Source of the DNA: Octopus sinensis
Lineage: Eukaryota
DNA length: 64,000 nt
NCBI RefSeq assembly: GCF_006345805.1
Contig: NC_043001.1
Coordinates: 119,102,001-119,166,000 of the forward strand
Direction: 5' to 3'
Part shown: positions 1 through 11,189 of the stretch, in pieces
Layout of the letters: the number at the start of each line of letters is the position of its first letter
Position numbering within the stretch: position 1 is the stretch's first letter
The notes under the pieces: generated by a model
What the model was told of the DNA's origin: nothing
Seen by the model: only the letters and a program-made list of their open reading frames with translations
Database searches by the model: none
Made by a program: the position numbers and the translations under genes

Positions 1-698
1 GCGTTTCCCTCTAGAAACAGTTCCGCAACCACAGGATGAATTTGATCAGATAAAATGCTTAAATAGTCTTGACTGTTAATTCTGCCATGAAGGGAAACCA
101 TTGGGTTGGCAGATTTCCAAGATGTAGCCCCCCCCCCACAGATCATCACAGACTTGAAGAAGGCAGTCTGGGTCAAATGCTTCTTTTGCCTGTCTCCACA
201 CGAATACTCGACCGGTGGTCGGAAATACGATAAAGGATGACTCGTCCGAGAAAATAACATATTTCAACTGCTCTAGGGACAAATTCTGTAGGATTTTACT
301 CCACTCTAAATGCTTTGCAACGTTTGTTTTTGAAAGTAGTGATTTCTTATTGCAGCCCTCCTGTGAAATCCAGCTTTGTGCAGCTTCCGGCGAACAGTTT
401 TTGTGGAAACTGGGTTCTCGAGGTGATCATTAAGCTCTGCAGTAATTTTGGGAGCTGTACTTTCGTGATCCTTTCTGGCAATTCGGATAAGAGTCCGATG
501 GTCCCTATCTGAAAGTTTTAGTTCTCTTCTGGAGTTTTGTTTCAACGAGTAGGTTTTTCTTTCTTTCTCAAAGGCTGCCATTATTTTCTAGACATTACTT
601 ATTGATACACCAAACATTTCAACTGTTTTCGTTTCGCTAGCGCCTGCCATACGAGCACCAACAATTTGACCTCTTTGAAACTTCGATAGATATGTCAT
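1..698 (-). pseudogene. Tc1 transposase pseudogene (HTH plus start of DDE domain)
   Basis: MTYLSKFQRGQIVGARMAG from 698 with an in-frame stop, then LSDRDHRTLIRIARK..STKTVRRKLHKAGF (306-581) and VIFSDESSF..GRVFVWR (76-282); frameshifted. Confidence 0.88.
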
Positions 699-878
699 TT
701 TAAATGAATTTCATCTGATGATATCTGAAAAGAAACAGCAATTTTAGTCAAACATATTAAGCAGCACTAATAATAAATCCAAAAACATAAAAATAAACAA
801 GCTTTTGACGGTTTTATAGATATTTCAAAATTATGATGCTATGATGCTAGGTGTTTCCATTATTTTGTCCAACCCCTG
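1..878 (-). mobile_element. Tc1-family DNA transposon, 5' part (runs off the window edge)
   Basis: TIR CAGGGGTTGGACAAAATAATGGAAACACC (878 to 850) followed by TA at 879-880; transposase remnants on the minus strand. Confidence 0.9.
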
Positions 879-1050
879 TATATATATATATATGTAGCAC
901 GAAAACACTATGATATCTTGGGTCATTGGCTGATGAGGAAATCAGCTGTGAATATTCTGTGTATCGGGTTTTTGCCAAAATTTCTCGTCCGTTTCTTGTT
1001 TTCGTTTAGCCTTTCGCTTCAGTGGGCTCTTTCTGTTCAACCCTTGATAT
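831..1050 (+). repeat. Copy 1 of a ~215 bp local duplication (Tc1 TIR end + TA + flank)
   Basis: Aligns by eye to 1828-2041 at roughly 88-90% identity. Confidence 0.85.
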
Positions 1051-1169
1051 ACAAATATATATATATGTGTGTGTGCGTGTGCGTGTGTGGTGTGTGTGTG
1101 TGTTTAAGTGTGTGTGTGTGTGTGTGTGCGTGTGCGTGCGTGCGTGTATATATGTATATATATATACAT

Positions 1170-1497
1170 TTTGGCATTGAAAGCTACACCAATGCCAGAG
1201 CGGGACGACACTGCATAGTGCCAAAGATCCCCGCAACGCCATCGTGCCTCAGGACCAGTTACTGCAACAGCCTGGGTTTCAGGGGCCCACATCATTTTAA
1301 TATTCTCCCAAAATGTCTGAGGAACCTGCACAAAGTCGATGTAAGCATTTTAAAATAAAAGCTGTCGCGAGTCTCATGATCCTACCTCACGACAAGAGGT
1401 GCAAATGAGTGTCACATATTGGAGGAGGCTCTCAGTAATAACAGTGTAGCAAAACGGCAGTGCATCAGCATGGCCGCAGCTATGAGTTGAAACTATA
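1170..1497 (+). mobile_element. 3' fragment of a CR1/L2-like LINE (ORF2 C-terminus + 3' UTR)
   Basis: GRHCIVPKIP...YCNSLGFRGPHHFNILPKCLRNLHKVDV resembles the G-P-x-L-F-N-x-L-P tail of CR1/L2-type ORF2. Confidence 0.65.
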
Positions 1498-1503
1498 TAT
1501 ATG

Positions 1504-1539
<36 letters not shown>

Positions 1540-1827
1540 ATATATATATATATATAATATATATATATATGTATGGGTTATGTCTGAAATTAAAGTTTAG
1601 ATAGGAGACTTCAAAATGTAGTATCCAAACCTTGTTTTGGGAACATCCCTAGTAATGTCTCTTGAGAGAGTGTTCACCACTTACGGATACCAGGTGTCAT
1701 CCGTGGTACTGTGCTTTCGTCGCAGGATCTACGTAAGGGATTCCTCGGCGCACGTTTAGTATGTTTTAAATAATTGATAGGGAAGAAAGAGTGTACTGTA
1801 TCTTTTTCGCTTACATATATATAAGTA

Positions 1828-2041
1828 TTATGATGCTGTGATGCTAGATGTTTCCATTATTTTGTCCAACCCCTGTATATATATCTGGCACGAAATCACT
1901 ATGATATCTTTGGTTATTGGCTGATGAGGAAATCAGTTGCGAATATTCCTTGTATCATGTGTTTGCCCAAATTTCCCGTCCGTTTCGTGTTTTCGTCTAA
2001 CCTTTCACTTCATTAGACTCTTTCTGTTAAACCCTTGATAT
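1828..2041 (+). repeat. Copy 2 of the local duplication, containing a solo Tc1 TIR end (ends 1875, TA 1876-1877)
   Basis: ttatgatgctgtgatgctagatgtttccattattttgtccaacccctgta...cccttgata matches 831-1050. Confidence 0.85.
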
Positions 2042-2064
2042 ATATATATATATATATATATATA

Positions 2065-2208
2065 TCTGTCTCCTGTTTCTAAAGAAGAGCTTTGCTCGAA
2101 ACGTAAAACACCCTTTCTTTCCTTCCCTGAGCGTCTTTTAATACTTTGCATATCCTCGCGTGTTGTATTTTTGTTTACGTGTGTTTTTTCTTAGTTTTCT
2201 TTGGGAAT
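2065..2208 (+). mobile_element. Short hammerhead-bearing element, family B (Penelope pLTR-like)
   Basis: Homologous to 60317-60510 (minus): GAAGAGCTTTGCTCGAAACGT, TGARCGTCT, TCCTCGCGT; flanked by (TA)n. Confidence 0.7.
2074..2110 (+). ncRNA. Minimal type-I hammerhead ribozyme motif, core mutated (G5A)
   Basis: UGUUU-CUAAAGA-A-GAGC-UUU-GCUC-GAAA-CGUA-AAACA; 5-bp helix I, 4-bp helix II, GUA cleavage triplet. Confidence 0.65.
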
Positions 2209-2224
2209 TTATATATATATATAT

Positions 2225-2440
2225 GAGTAAGGTGTAAAGAGTAAGTGGAGCAAGAACACACGCAAACGAAAAATGTCGCTGAAGAGGTCACAAATGTGTG
2301 ACAAAAGATATCTGGACAATGAACATGACTTAAAATAATAAAATAAGAACAGTAATAAACGAGTGAAGAATGAATATATAATGCGTGTATTTACTTGGCC
2401 TCCACCAAAAAAATGATCGTCCCAAAATATGTGTAGCAGT
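2225..2440 (+). mobile_element. Short hammerhead-bearing element, family C
   Basis: Homologous to 14200-14385 (minus): shared CTGAAGAGGTCACA, GTGAA(G)AATGAAT, GTRTTTAMTTGGC, ATGRYCRTCCYMAAATAT. Confidence 0.6.
2274..2318 (+). ncRNA. Degenerate hammerhead motif (G12A)
   Basis: UGUCG-CUGAAGA-G-GUCAC-aaaugu-GUGAC-AAAA-GAUA-UC-UGGACA. Confidence 0.5.
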
Positions 2441-3275
2441 ACATTAAACAGCATACACACACACACATACACATATATATATATATCTTGAACTCTTTAC
2501 AAATATAGTTTTGATACTCTATCTATAGTACTGATTTCTTTTTTTCTTTTTGCTTACTTTTTAAACTCAACTGTTCAACTATTCATGGGCACACATTCAG
2601 GTATTCACACATGCATACATACATATATACATACATAAGTACATTCATACATACATGCATACATTCATACATGCATATACACACACACTCACACGCATAT
2701 ATATATATATATATATATATATGTTTATATATTTACATATGTATATATATATATACAGATACATATATACGTATGCATATACGTATATATATGTGTATAT
2801 ATAAGAATATATGTATGTGTATATGCAATATTTTGCATGTATATATATATATGTGTATCTATGCGCAGGTGCATCTCCTGCAACTTGGTAAACAATGATT
2901 CCTAAACTTCGGAACTGATGAAAATATTTTCTTTATCCATTTTGTAAAGGTATTTATTGTTCGGTCACAAAAAACAAAAACAAAAACAAAAACAAAACGA
3001 AAACAAACGAAAACAATCCAATCACTTAACACTTTTGCACTTTTAAGACGAGGTTAGAAACAACTCGTTAATCAATTCTTGTATGTAGCTTCTATTTTTC
3101 TATATTGTTCCATGAGTTCGTAAGTAGTTCTTGTGAAGTGATAGTTTGTTATACTTGACAAGAAATACTTTGGAAATATGGCTTCTCTCCTCACACGAAC
3201 GCTATTAATCATTATTTGTCACGTTGTTGCGTGAGCTGCAACTGATAATATACACACATTATATAAACACACATG

Positions 3276-3309
<34 letters not shown>

Positions 3310-3312
3310 GTA

Positions 3313-3708
3313 TCTATGTATTTAGTAATCGAATACCGGGGTAAAATAATATGCTTTATTATTATCAAAGCTGCAAAAGCATTACAAAAGTAACTCAATA
3401 AACTGTTACTCGGAGTTTCACATTCCCGGGCATACAGACTTCTGTATATTTTTACACGCTGACACCACACACACATATACATACTTGCATACACACGCGC
3501 ACACACACATGTTTACTTGGCAGTGTTACTTTTTCATTGCCGTTATCTTGACAACCCGGGAACAGCTACAATTACTTGCAACATGCTAAGTTTCTATACC
3601 AGCGTGATATTTATTACTATTTCGGAATATTTATTCTTAAATCTCTGTCAAGACAAATTTTATAATAAACTAGCACTATGACCCGGCAACGCCGGGTCAT
3701 AGTGCTAG
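3313..3708 (+). mobile_element. Helitron-like non-autonomous element (plus strand)
   Basis: A|TC start at 3313, internal CA tract, hairpin and CTAG|T end at 3708; the 5' end is the less certain one. Confidence 0.45.
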
Positions 3709-4026
3709 TGCATGCATATACAGCTGCGTGCGTGCACACATACACGCGAGTACTGTCCAGATCTCCGACCAATCACATACAGCTAGCTGGCATTCAATTG
3801 GCATATCAAGTTCCGGGCATTTTGATTGGGTTTCGGATAGAAAATTCACTTCTATTGAATTTTTAATAGCATTGTTGGGTGACTGGTGAAATGTAAAGAT
3901 ATGCACGACCATCCATGGACGGTTTTGAATGACCATAGAAAGAGCGAGCCCTCTAACTGAAAAATTGTGGATTTGTATAAAGGACACACACACACACAGA
4001 CATTTTGCCGTTTATATATATAGAGA
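3670..4026 (-). mobile_element. Helitron-like non-autonomous element (minus strand)
   Basis: A|TCTCTATATATATAAACGGC start at 4026; GC-rich hairpin and CTAG|T end at 3670; AT insertion site, no TSD. Confidence 0.75.
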
Positions 4027-5077
4027 TTTGACTCTATTCTCAGTATGAAGTCTCCCTCTCCGTAAGTAATATGGTGCATTCTTAAACCTTCTTTAAACCT
4101 GGATCTAACATTTACTTCAAGTTTTTCTCATACCTTTTGAATATATTTTAATCAATGCGTGAGTTGAAACTGCTCTTATGTAGCACTTCTACATTCTTTG
4201 GTTTTTAACTGTTTTTTTTTTTTTACGCGTTCAGTGTACACAGAATTGTTCAACTCCAATGTGACTACTAGCCTTACCATTTTCAGGTATTGACTGGGAC
4301 TGTAACACTGAATTCAGCTCGTTTTGACAAGTTATTTAATAATTTTTGGAAACCCTTTCTAGATGCCTTCTAAATACTTCAACTAGAAATTCGGGATTTT
4401 ATCCTTTTCTGTTGCGTACGGGTTAATTCTTGAATTAATATTGCTTTGCTTGAAAGTCAATTTGTTGTGCATAGTTTTGTGCATTCTGGTCTGTGACGAT
4501 TCCTTGTTTGGTAACGTTAAATTCTGTGTTATACATTCACCAAAATCAAGATTAATATTAAGGATGAGTGTAATATAAGGTATTCAGTTGAAAAGATTTC
4601 CCCGTCCACATTTATTGAGTAAAAGGAAACAAAAACAACACAATTACGTAATAAATTTCTATTAGATTTTGTTCTTAAATAAACCTGTTGCATGAAGTAT
4701 TAAAAACTAATATATCAGATTCTAATAGATTGTTTACTCTTGAAGCAACACTGGAATATCTAACATGATGTTATACATCTTGAAAACAACTAAGGCAACA
4801 AAACCAAGATGCGTGTTATAGGCCTTATAAGATCTGTCGACTATTCACTTTTACAATGTTGCTATTTTCATAACTTCCGTCTTTAAACATCTTAATTCTT
4901 AGATCTTTCTCATATTCCCCTTTTTTCATATTTTCGTCTGTGTTGTTTTCCTTCAGCCATTGTTTGTCAGTATTGTGTTGGTACGTTAAACTTTAATTTT
5001 GGTGCATATCTACGTAATATGATATGATGTATAATATAATAATATGATATAATATAATATACTATAATATAATATAA

Positions 5078-5463
5078 TCTTTATATATAAAAGTGAAGTT
5101 GTGTGCCTGTCTCCTACGATTTAGATTCCTAACTACTCCCACATTTTGCGGTGCAGTTTAACCAAAACCGGGTATCTTATAGTCGTGATTCATATCGAGC
5201 CCTTCTGGGTATTAGCGCGCGTCTACGATGAGTCTGCGATTTAAAAAAATATTACCATCATTTTTTTCCATTTTAATGTATTTTTTCGCTATTATATGAG
5301 GGAAGTAACTCTCTAAAAATGTCTACGATGAGTCAACGTTTTAAAAAAAAAATTACCATCATTTTTTTTCCATTTTTAATGCATTTTTTTGCTATAACTC
5401 TCTAAAAATGCTTATATAGTTATTTCCCTTACAAACCCGAGCAACGCCGGGTGATACTGCTAG
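5078..5463 (+). mobile_element. Helitron non-autonomous element inserted in a (TATAA)n tract
   Basis: A|TCTTTATATATAAAAGTGAAGTTG start; CCCGAGCAACGCCGGG hairpin; TGCTAG|T end; (TATAA)n on both sides. Confidence 0.85.
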
Positions 5464-5809
5464 TATAATATAATATAATGTAATATAATATAATATAATA
5501 TGATGTAATATAATATGATATGGATATTGTGATTTGCATTTTCAATGTCATTAGTTTTAATGCCTGTATTCTTAGTGTTGGTAATTTTGTCGTCTGACTT
5601 TTACTTTTCGTTGTTTGTATTTTCTAATGTGTTCTGTTCCTATGTCTGGCATCTTTAGGTTTTGAGGATGCGTCTTCATTTAGATCAGTATTATTACACT
5701 TGAATTTTATGGCCTGTTTATTTTGTAAGGCATGTTGCTGTAAATTATACACGCAGTATAGTTACGTATACTTACAAATAGTAGAACCCTAAAAAATTCT
5801 ATGTCTGAA

Positions 5810-6242
5810 AGGGTTGAAGACAGGCATTTTCCTATTTGGTCAAGGGCTCATTAACTTTTTCAGGTTCCACCTGAAAAGGAAGGTAAGGGTGGATATGGAG
5901 GTGCTGTCGCCCAGTGCGTTCGTTGAAAGGTGGGTGAATGTGGCGAGGATGGCCTGTGTGAATGGGCCTACACCAAGTATGCGCTTGTAGGCTGGAGAAG
6001 GTAGAGTGAAGATGGGTACTTGCTTGAGGCGCCCTGTGTGATCGGGATGACCATGGAGTGTGGGATTTCCTTGGACGCTCCTGTTCGGATTTCCCCTTTT
6101 TGGAGAATTTAATTATTTGAATTCTATTGCTGATTGTTTTTGTCTATTTACTATTTACATACATCATCTAAACCCCACCGTCCCTTGTTCGTTTTGTATA
6201 ATGACCTTTTGATTTTGTGTGGGCCCTTGTGGTCAATGAAGA

Positions 6243-6276
<34 letters not shown>

Positions 6277-6277
6277 G
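5810..6277 (+). mobile_element. 3' end of a Tx1/L1-like LINE with (ATT)n tail
   Basis: FFRFHLKRKVRVDMEVLSPSAFVERWVNVARM...SMRL* (stop 5988-5990), then a 3' UTR ending AATGAAGAAAG(TAT)n. Confidence 0.55.
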
Positions 6278-6450
6278 AGGCGGCGAGTTGGCAGAGTCAT
6301 TTGAGCGTGAAATAAGAAGGCCAGGCGATATTTCTTCCGACTTTTTACATTTTGTGTCTAAATTCAGCCGAGGTCAACTTTGACTTTCTTCCCTTCTAGA
6401 TCGATAAAATAAAATATCAGTGAAGCTCTGTAATCGTCATAATCGACTCT
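6278..6450 (+). mobile_element. tRNA-derived SINE, family 1 (degenerate)
   Basis: GGCGGCGAGTTGGCAGA head; GCCGAGGTCAACTTTG; matches the intact copy at 21934-22152. Confidence 0.7.
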
Positions 6451-6542
6451 TTCACTTCCTACTTCCACAATTTTTGTTTTTCTGCTTTATCTTCAATGTC
6501 TTTCGCCCCTGTGACCAGTAAAAAAAAAAAAAAAAAAAATAG

Positions 6543-6660
6543 TCGTGGATTGGCAGAACCGTTAGAGCGACGTATAAAACGCCATGCAGTATCTTGTTAC
6601 AGTTCTTTAAGTTCTGAGTTCAAATCTTGCCGAGGTCATCTTTGGCTTTTCGGGGTCAAA
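6543..6660 (+). mobile_element. tRNA-derived SINE, family 1 (truncated)
   Basis: TTGGCAGAACCGTTAG...GTTCTGAGTTCAAATCTTGCCGAGGTC...TTCGGGGTC. Confidence 0.6.
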
Positions 6661-6739
6661 AAAAAAAAAATGTAGTGTGACCAATGGTATCAACTAACCC
6701 TTTTCCTTCATGCGTGTCTCTAAACCAGAAACAATCATC

Positions 6740-6933
6740 ATTATCATCATCAGCAGCATCACTACTACTACTACTACTACTAGTAGGGATAGTGATAGTA
6801 GTAGTTGTAGTGTTAGTAGTAGCGGTGGTGGTAGTGGTGGCAGTATTAGTCGCTCTTGTTAAAACTTGTATTGAAACAGGTGTGGTTGCAGTTATGACTG
6901 CACCAAATGCTGCTGCTACTGCAACTGTTGCTG

Positions 6934-6980
<47 letters not shown>

Positions 6981-7426
6981 TGTGCTACTTCTGCTGTTGT
7001 TGTTACTTTACTTGCTATTTCTGTTCTTACATCACATTACAAGTTGTTACTGGGAATGTAACAGTAATGGACAATGCAGTTGTGCTTGCTGCTTTATTGT
7101 TGTTGTTATTACTCCTGCTGTTATTACTCTTATTGTTTTAGTTATTGTTATCGTTGTTGATGATGTTCTTGTCGCTCCAGTTGTTAATGCTGCGGTGTTT
7201 GTTGTGTCGTTCTTGTAGTTGTTGTCATTATGATTTTGTGTTGTTATTGCTGTTGTCATTTATATTATTACTATGTTATTACTATTGCTGTTATTACTGT
7301 ACTTATTCATGTTGTTGTACTTACTGTTGCTGTCATTGCTTTTCTTACTAGTGTTGTTGTTATTGCAGTTGTTATCACTGTTGTTGTTATTAATGCTGTT
7401 TTCTTACAGTTAGTGTTGTTGTTATT

Positions 7427-7458
<32 letters not shown>

Positions 7459-8015
7459 AATTACTGTTATTACCGTTATTGTTGCTTCTCTTGTTATTAC
7501 TGGTGTTATTACTGTTATTGTTATTATTACTGTTGCTATTATTATTATTGCTATTATTGTTGCTATTATTACTGTTGTTATTGTTGTTATTGTACTGTTA
7601 TTCTTGTTGCTGTTTTTATCATTATTGTTGTTATCACCGTGGCTATTATTGTTGTTATTACTTTTGTTATTATTATTGTTGTTACAATTATTGTCGTTAT
7701 AATTGTTACTGTTGTTATTATTACTGTTATTATTACTGCTGTTGCTATGATTGCTGTTGCTACTATTACTGTTGTTATTGTGGCTGGTGTTATTACTGCT
7801 GTTGTTATTACTGTTATTGCTAATGCTGTTGTTATCTTTATTGTTATTATTGTTGTTATTATTATTGTTATTATTATTATTGTTATTATTACTGCTGTTA
7901 TTACTATTACTGTTGTTGTTATTCTAAGTGCATTTGTTGTTGCTGCTGTTATTGCTGCTGTTCTTGTTCCTCTTGTTATTGCTGCAGTTCTGCAGTTGTT
8001 ACTGTCTAAACCATG
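6740..8015. repeat. Degenerate trinucleotide mosaic (GTT/ATT/GCT/ACT)
   Basis: About 1.3 kb of cryptic 3-bp periodicity; source of the V/I/L-rich spurious ORFs. Confidence 0.85.
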
Positions 8016-8489
8016 TTATTCTCCGTCGCCCTCCTTTCTCCATTACCATCCATTACCATTATCATTCCCTACTCTCCTTCTCTTCTCACCATTCTTCCAT
8101 TCTATTCTATTCTATCCTATTCTATTCTACACTAGTCCATTCCGGTCTATTCCACTTTTTTCTACACTCATCTATTCACAAAGGTGTTTTCCACGTCACC
8201 AGCTGTTTTCATTTCAGTCTTTTCCTTTTCATTTTTTTCTTATCTGTTCCTTCATTTTTTTCGTTACTTTTTTGTTATATTTGAAAGGCCAAAAGGTGGG
8301 TTGCTGGAGGTGGTGACGGAGTGTGGGCCCTGGGCCGTTTTCCAGTTAATTCTTGGCAAACTGCCGGACAGTCTGTTGGATTTCCTACGATAATGCTACC
8401 CTAAACCAACCTGTTTCCTCTCCTCTCTCCTGTTAGTCCTGTGAAATCTGACAAGGGAGTTTGTACCGTATGCACACATATACACACAG

Positions 8490-8508
8490 TTGCATATATA
8501 CTTAATAC

Positions 8509-8590
<82 letters not shown>

Positions 8591-8869
8591 TACACACATA
8601 TATATACATATATATATGTATATATGATTATATATATATATAAACTCATATATATACACTTATATATACACACATATATGTATGTGCATGTGTTTATATG
8701 TGTATAAATGTGCATATATGCGTGCATATATATTTTATGTATATATATATATGCATATGTGCATACATATATGAGTATATATACTTATATACACATACAT
8801 ATGTGTGTGTATATAAATATATATACTTATATATGTATGCACATATGCATATATATACGTGTATATACA

Positions 8870-8911
<42 letters not shown>

Positions 8912-9263
8912 TATATCGAACATATATGCATACATATCTGCTCATTTATACACATATAAGCACACATGCACACACATATATAGGTGGTGTAGATGGGGGT
9001 AATGAAAGCTAAATGTTGTAGTATTTGTTTGTTGTGTTTTGAATGTATATGTATGTGTTTTTTTATGTATAAATGTGAAGTATACACTTGCATTTCTATG
9101 TTCGTGTGAATAGTTGCGTACGGTTTTATGTAATTTGTAACTGCGTAATTTGGGGGTTTAAGTTGGAGAGCGTTTGTGTGGACACATGTAAGTACGGATG
9201 TGTATGCATCCCAGAACAGGTGCGCATAGTTGCATGTGTTTATATATATGTATATATATGTAT

Positions 9264-9332
<69 letters not shown>

Positions 9333-9365
9333 TATGTATATGTATATATATATTATGTATATATA
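8490..9365. repeat. (TA)n / (TACA)n low-complexity block
   Basis: Direct reading; produces the YIYI ORFs. Confidence 0.9.
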
Positions 9366-10591
9366 TCAATCATAAGCTCTGTAGGCTGATGAATTTGCGA
9401 TACAGTTTCGTATCCAGGTCAAGTGTTCGTTCTTTGTAACATCATTCGTTATTCTAATATACTAATTCTCGTCAATGAACACGCACACGCACACCTACAC
9501 GCACACCTACACGTACACATATACGCGCACACACACACACACCATGCATATACACAAACACATTACATACAGGTACATTTAAATTTTCAAAAATGAAAGA
9601 CAATTATCTGCTCGTCAATTTCTTTCCGTCATTACATATCTACTCGGTACACACACACGCACGCGCACACACACACTTGTTTTATACATGACTTTTTGGC
9701 CTATCTTCTATGTATGTATGTATACGCCCTGTTATGAGAAAACCAGGGTCACTTCATATATTTGAAATAAAGAAAACTATCAGCTTTTCCATTCGTCGAC
9801 CAGATTTATTCGTAATTTATGAGTAAAAGATATAAGAAAATAAGAATGTTGTTCTTCAGCCGACCTCAGGCACCAGGTACGAATCAGTGAAGTTTACTAA
9901 AGCACTATTGAAATCGAAATGTTTATTAAATCACTGCAAGTCAGTATCGGATGAGAAGACTTGCAATGAAATTCACACCAGACATCGACACCACATTTTC
10001 TTTTTCTTTTTCTTTTTCCTTTTCTTTTTTTGAGCTCTCTTCCTTTCTTGAGATTCTTAGATGTGACATGCAGAAGATTTGGCTGCAAAAAGTACCTTAA
10101 TTTTCTCGGCGAACTACAGGCTGTTTGTTTAACCAAAAATCTGCCATGATTCCAACGGTGACCGTCACATCTTTTAGCGCGTTAGAGATTGCCTTGTGTA
10201 ATGTGGTAGTTAATTTTTTATACAGGAGGGTGTATTTGACATAATTTGAATTTTATATTCAGCACGTTATGTAATCGTATAGAGGATCAGAGGCACGAAT
10301 TGATAATTTTTTCTTGTCATTAAGAAGAAATACAGTGGATCACATGGTAAATCTGTCTAAGCTCGTAACGAAAATTCTTAGATATTTTCGTTCTATCTAA
10401 AGTGTAAAAAAATTTCATTTGATTTTGCAAAATTTAAATTAGATATCAAAAGGCTTTATTGATATTTTTGTAAGCTGCAGGTTTTGTGTTATTAGAATGG
10501 ATTTCTCAAAGAACGAGGTGAGCCGAGCCGGACTAATGAAGTTTCACATTTAACACTCTTTCGCCTCACTCGATACTACCATATATAACAG

Positions 10592-10671
<80 letters not shown>

Positions 10672-10748
10672 TATAGTGGTTTTACTCTTTATCTTATATT
10701 AAACTTTTAATACTTTTGATAGTTACATATATTAAAAAAAAAAATAAT

Positions 10749-10796
<48 letters not shown>

Positions 10797-10988
10797 TTAT
10801 AAGTATAAATTATTAATGTAAATAATTTTTAAAATTTTAACTTCAAATTTTAAATTAAAATAATTTAAATTTTGAATTTTATATTCTATATATTTTTTTT
10901 TATTAATTAATTTCATTTCTATGTATTGGTTTATGACTTTCACTGATTGATTTGCCTAATAGTGGTTTTGTCTCTAATTTAATATATA

Positions 10989-11041
<53 letters not shown>

Positions 11042-11087
11042 CATATATATACATATATATACAACACATACACACACACACTCTCAT

Positions 11088-11138
<51 letters not shown>

Positions 11139-11189
11139 CTCATACATATTGGAGTTATTTCTGTACCATGCTTTCATGCTAATATATGA

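Noticed and set aside
927-947. CTGATGAGGAAATCAGC as a hammerhead (also at ~1920)
   Set aside because: No helix II between CUGAUGA and GAAA and no NUH; it is just a 6-bp hairpin.
1690-1760. Structured segment with CCGAGGA...CGAAAGC on the minus strand
   Set aside because: Hairpin geometry does not place GAAA next to helix II; not a hammerhead fit.
8290-8395. LLEVVTECGPWAVFQLILGKLPDSLLDFL as a Tx1-like ORF1 fragment
   Set aside because: The resemblance is faint and too short to call.
8396-9439. Numerous YIYI / CVCV / IYLS / MYVC ORFs here and throughout the ORF track
   Set aside because: They are translations of stop-free di- and tetranucleotide repeats and carry no protein signal.
9897-10200. 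Minus ORF KQTACSSPRKLRYFLQPNLL as an exon
   Set aside because: No recognisable family or convincing splice pair; it runs into a poly-purine tract.
10680-10915. Extremely AT-rich scrambled tract, and AA/TT phase slips inside many (TA)n arrays
   Set aside because: Resembles long-read or assembly noise next to TA repeats.
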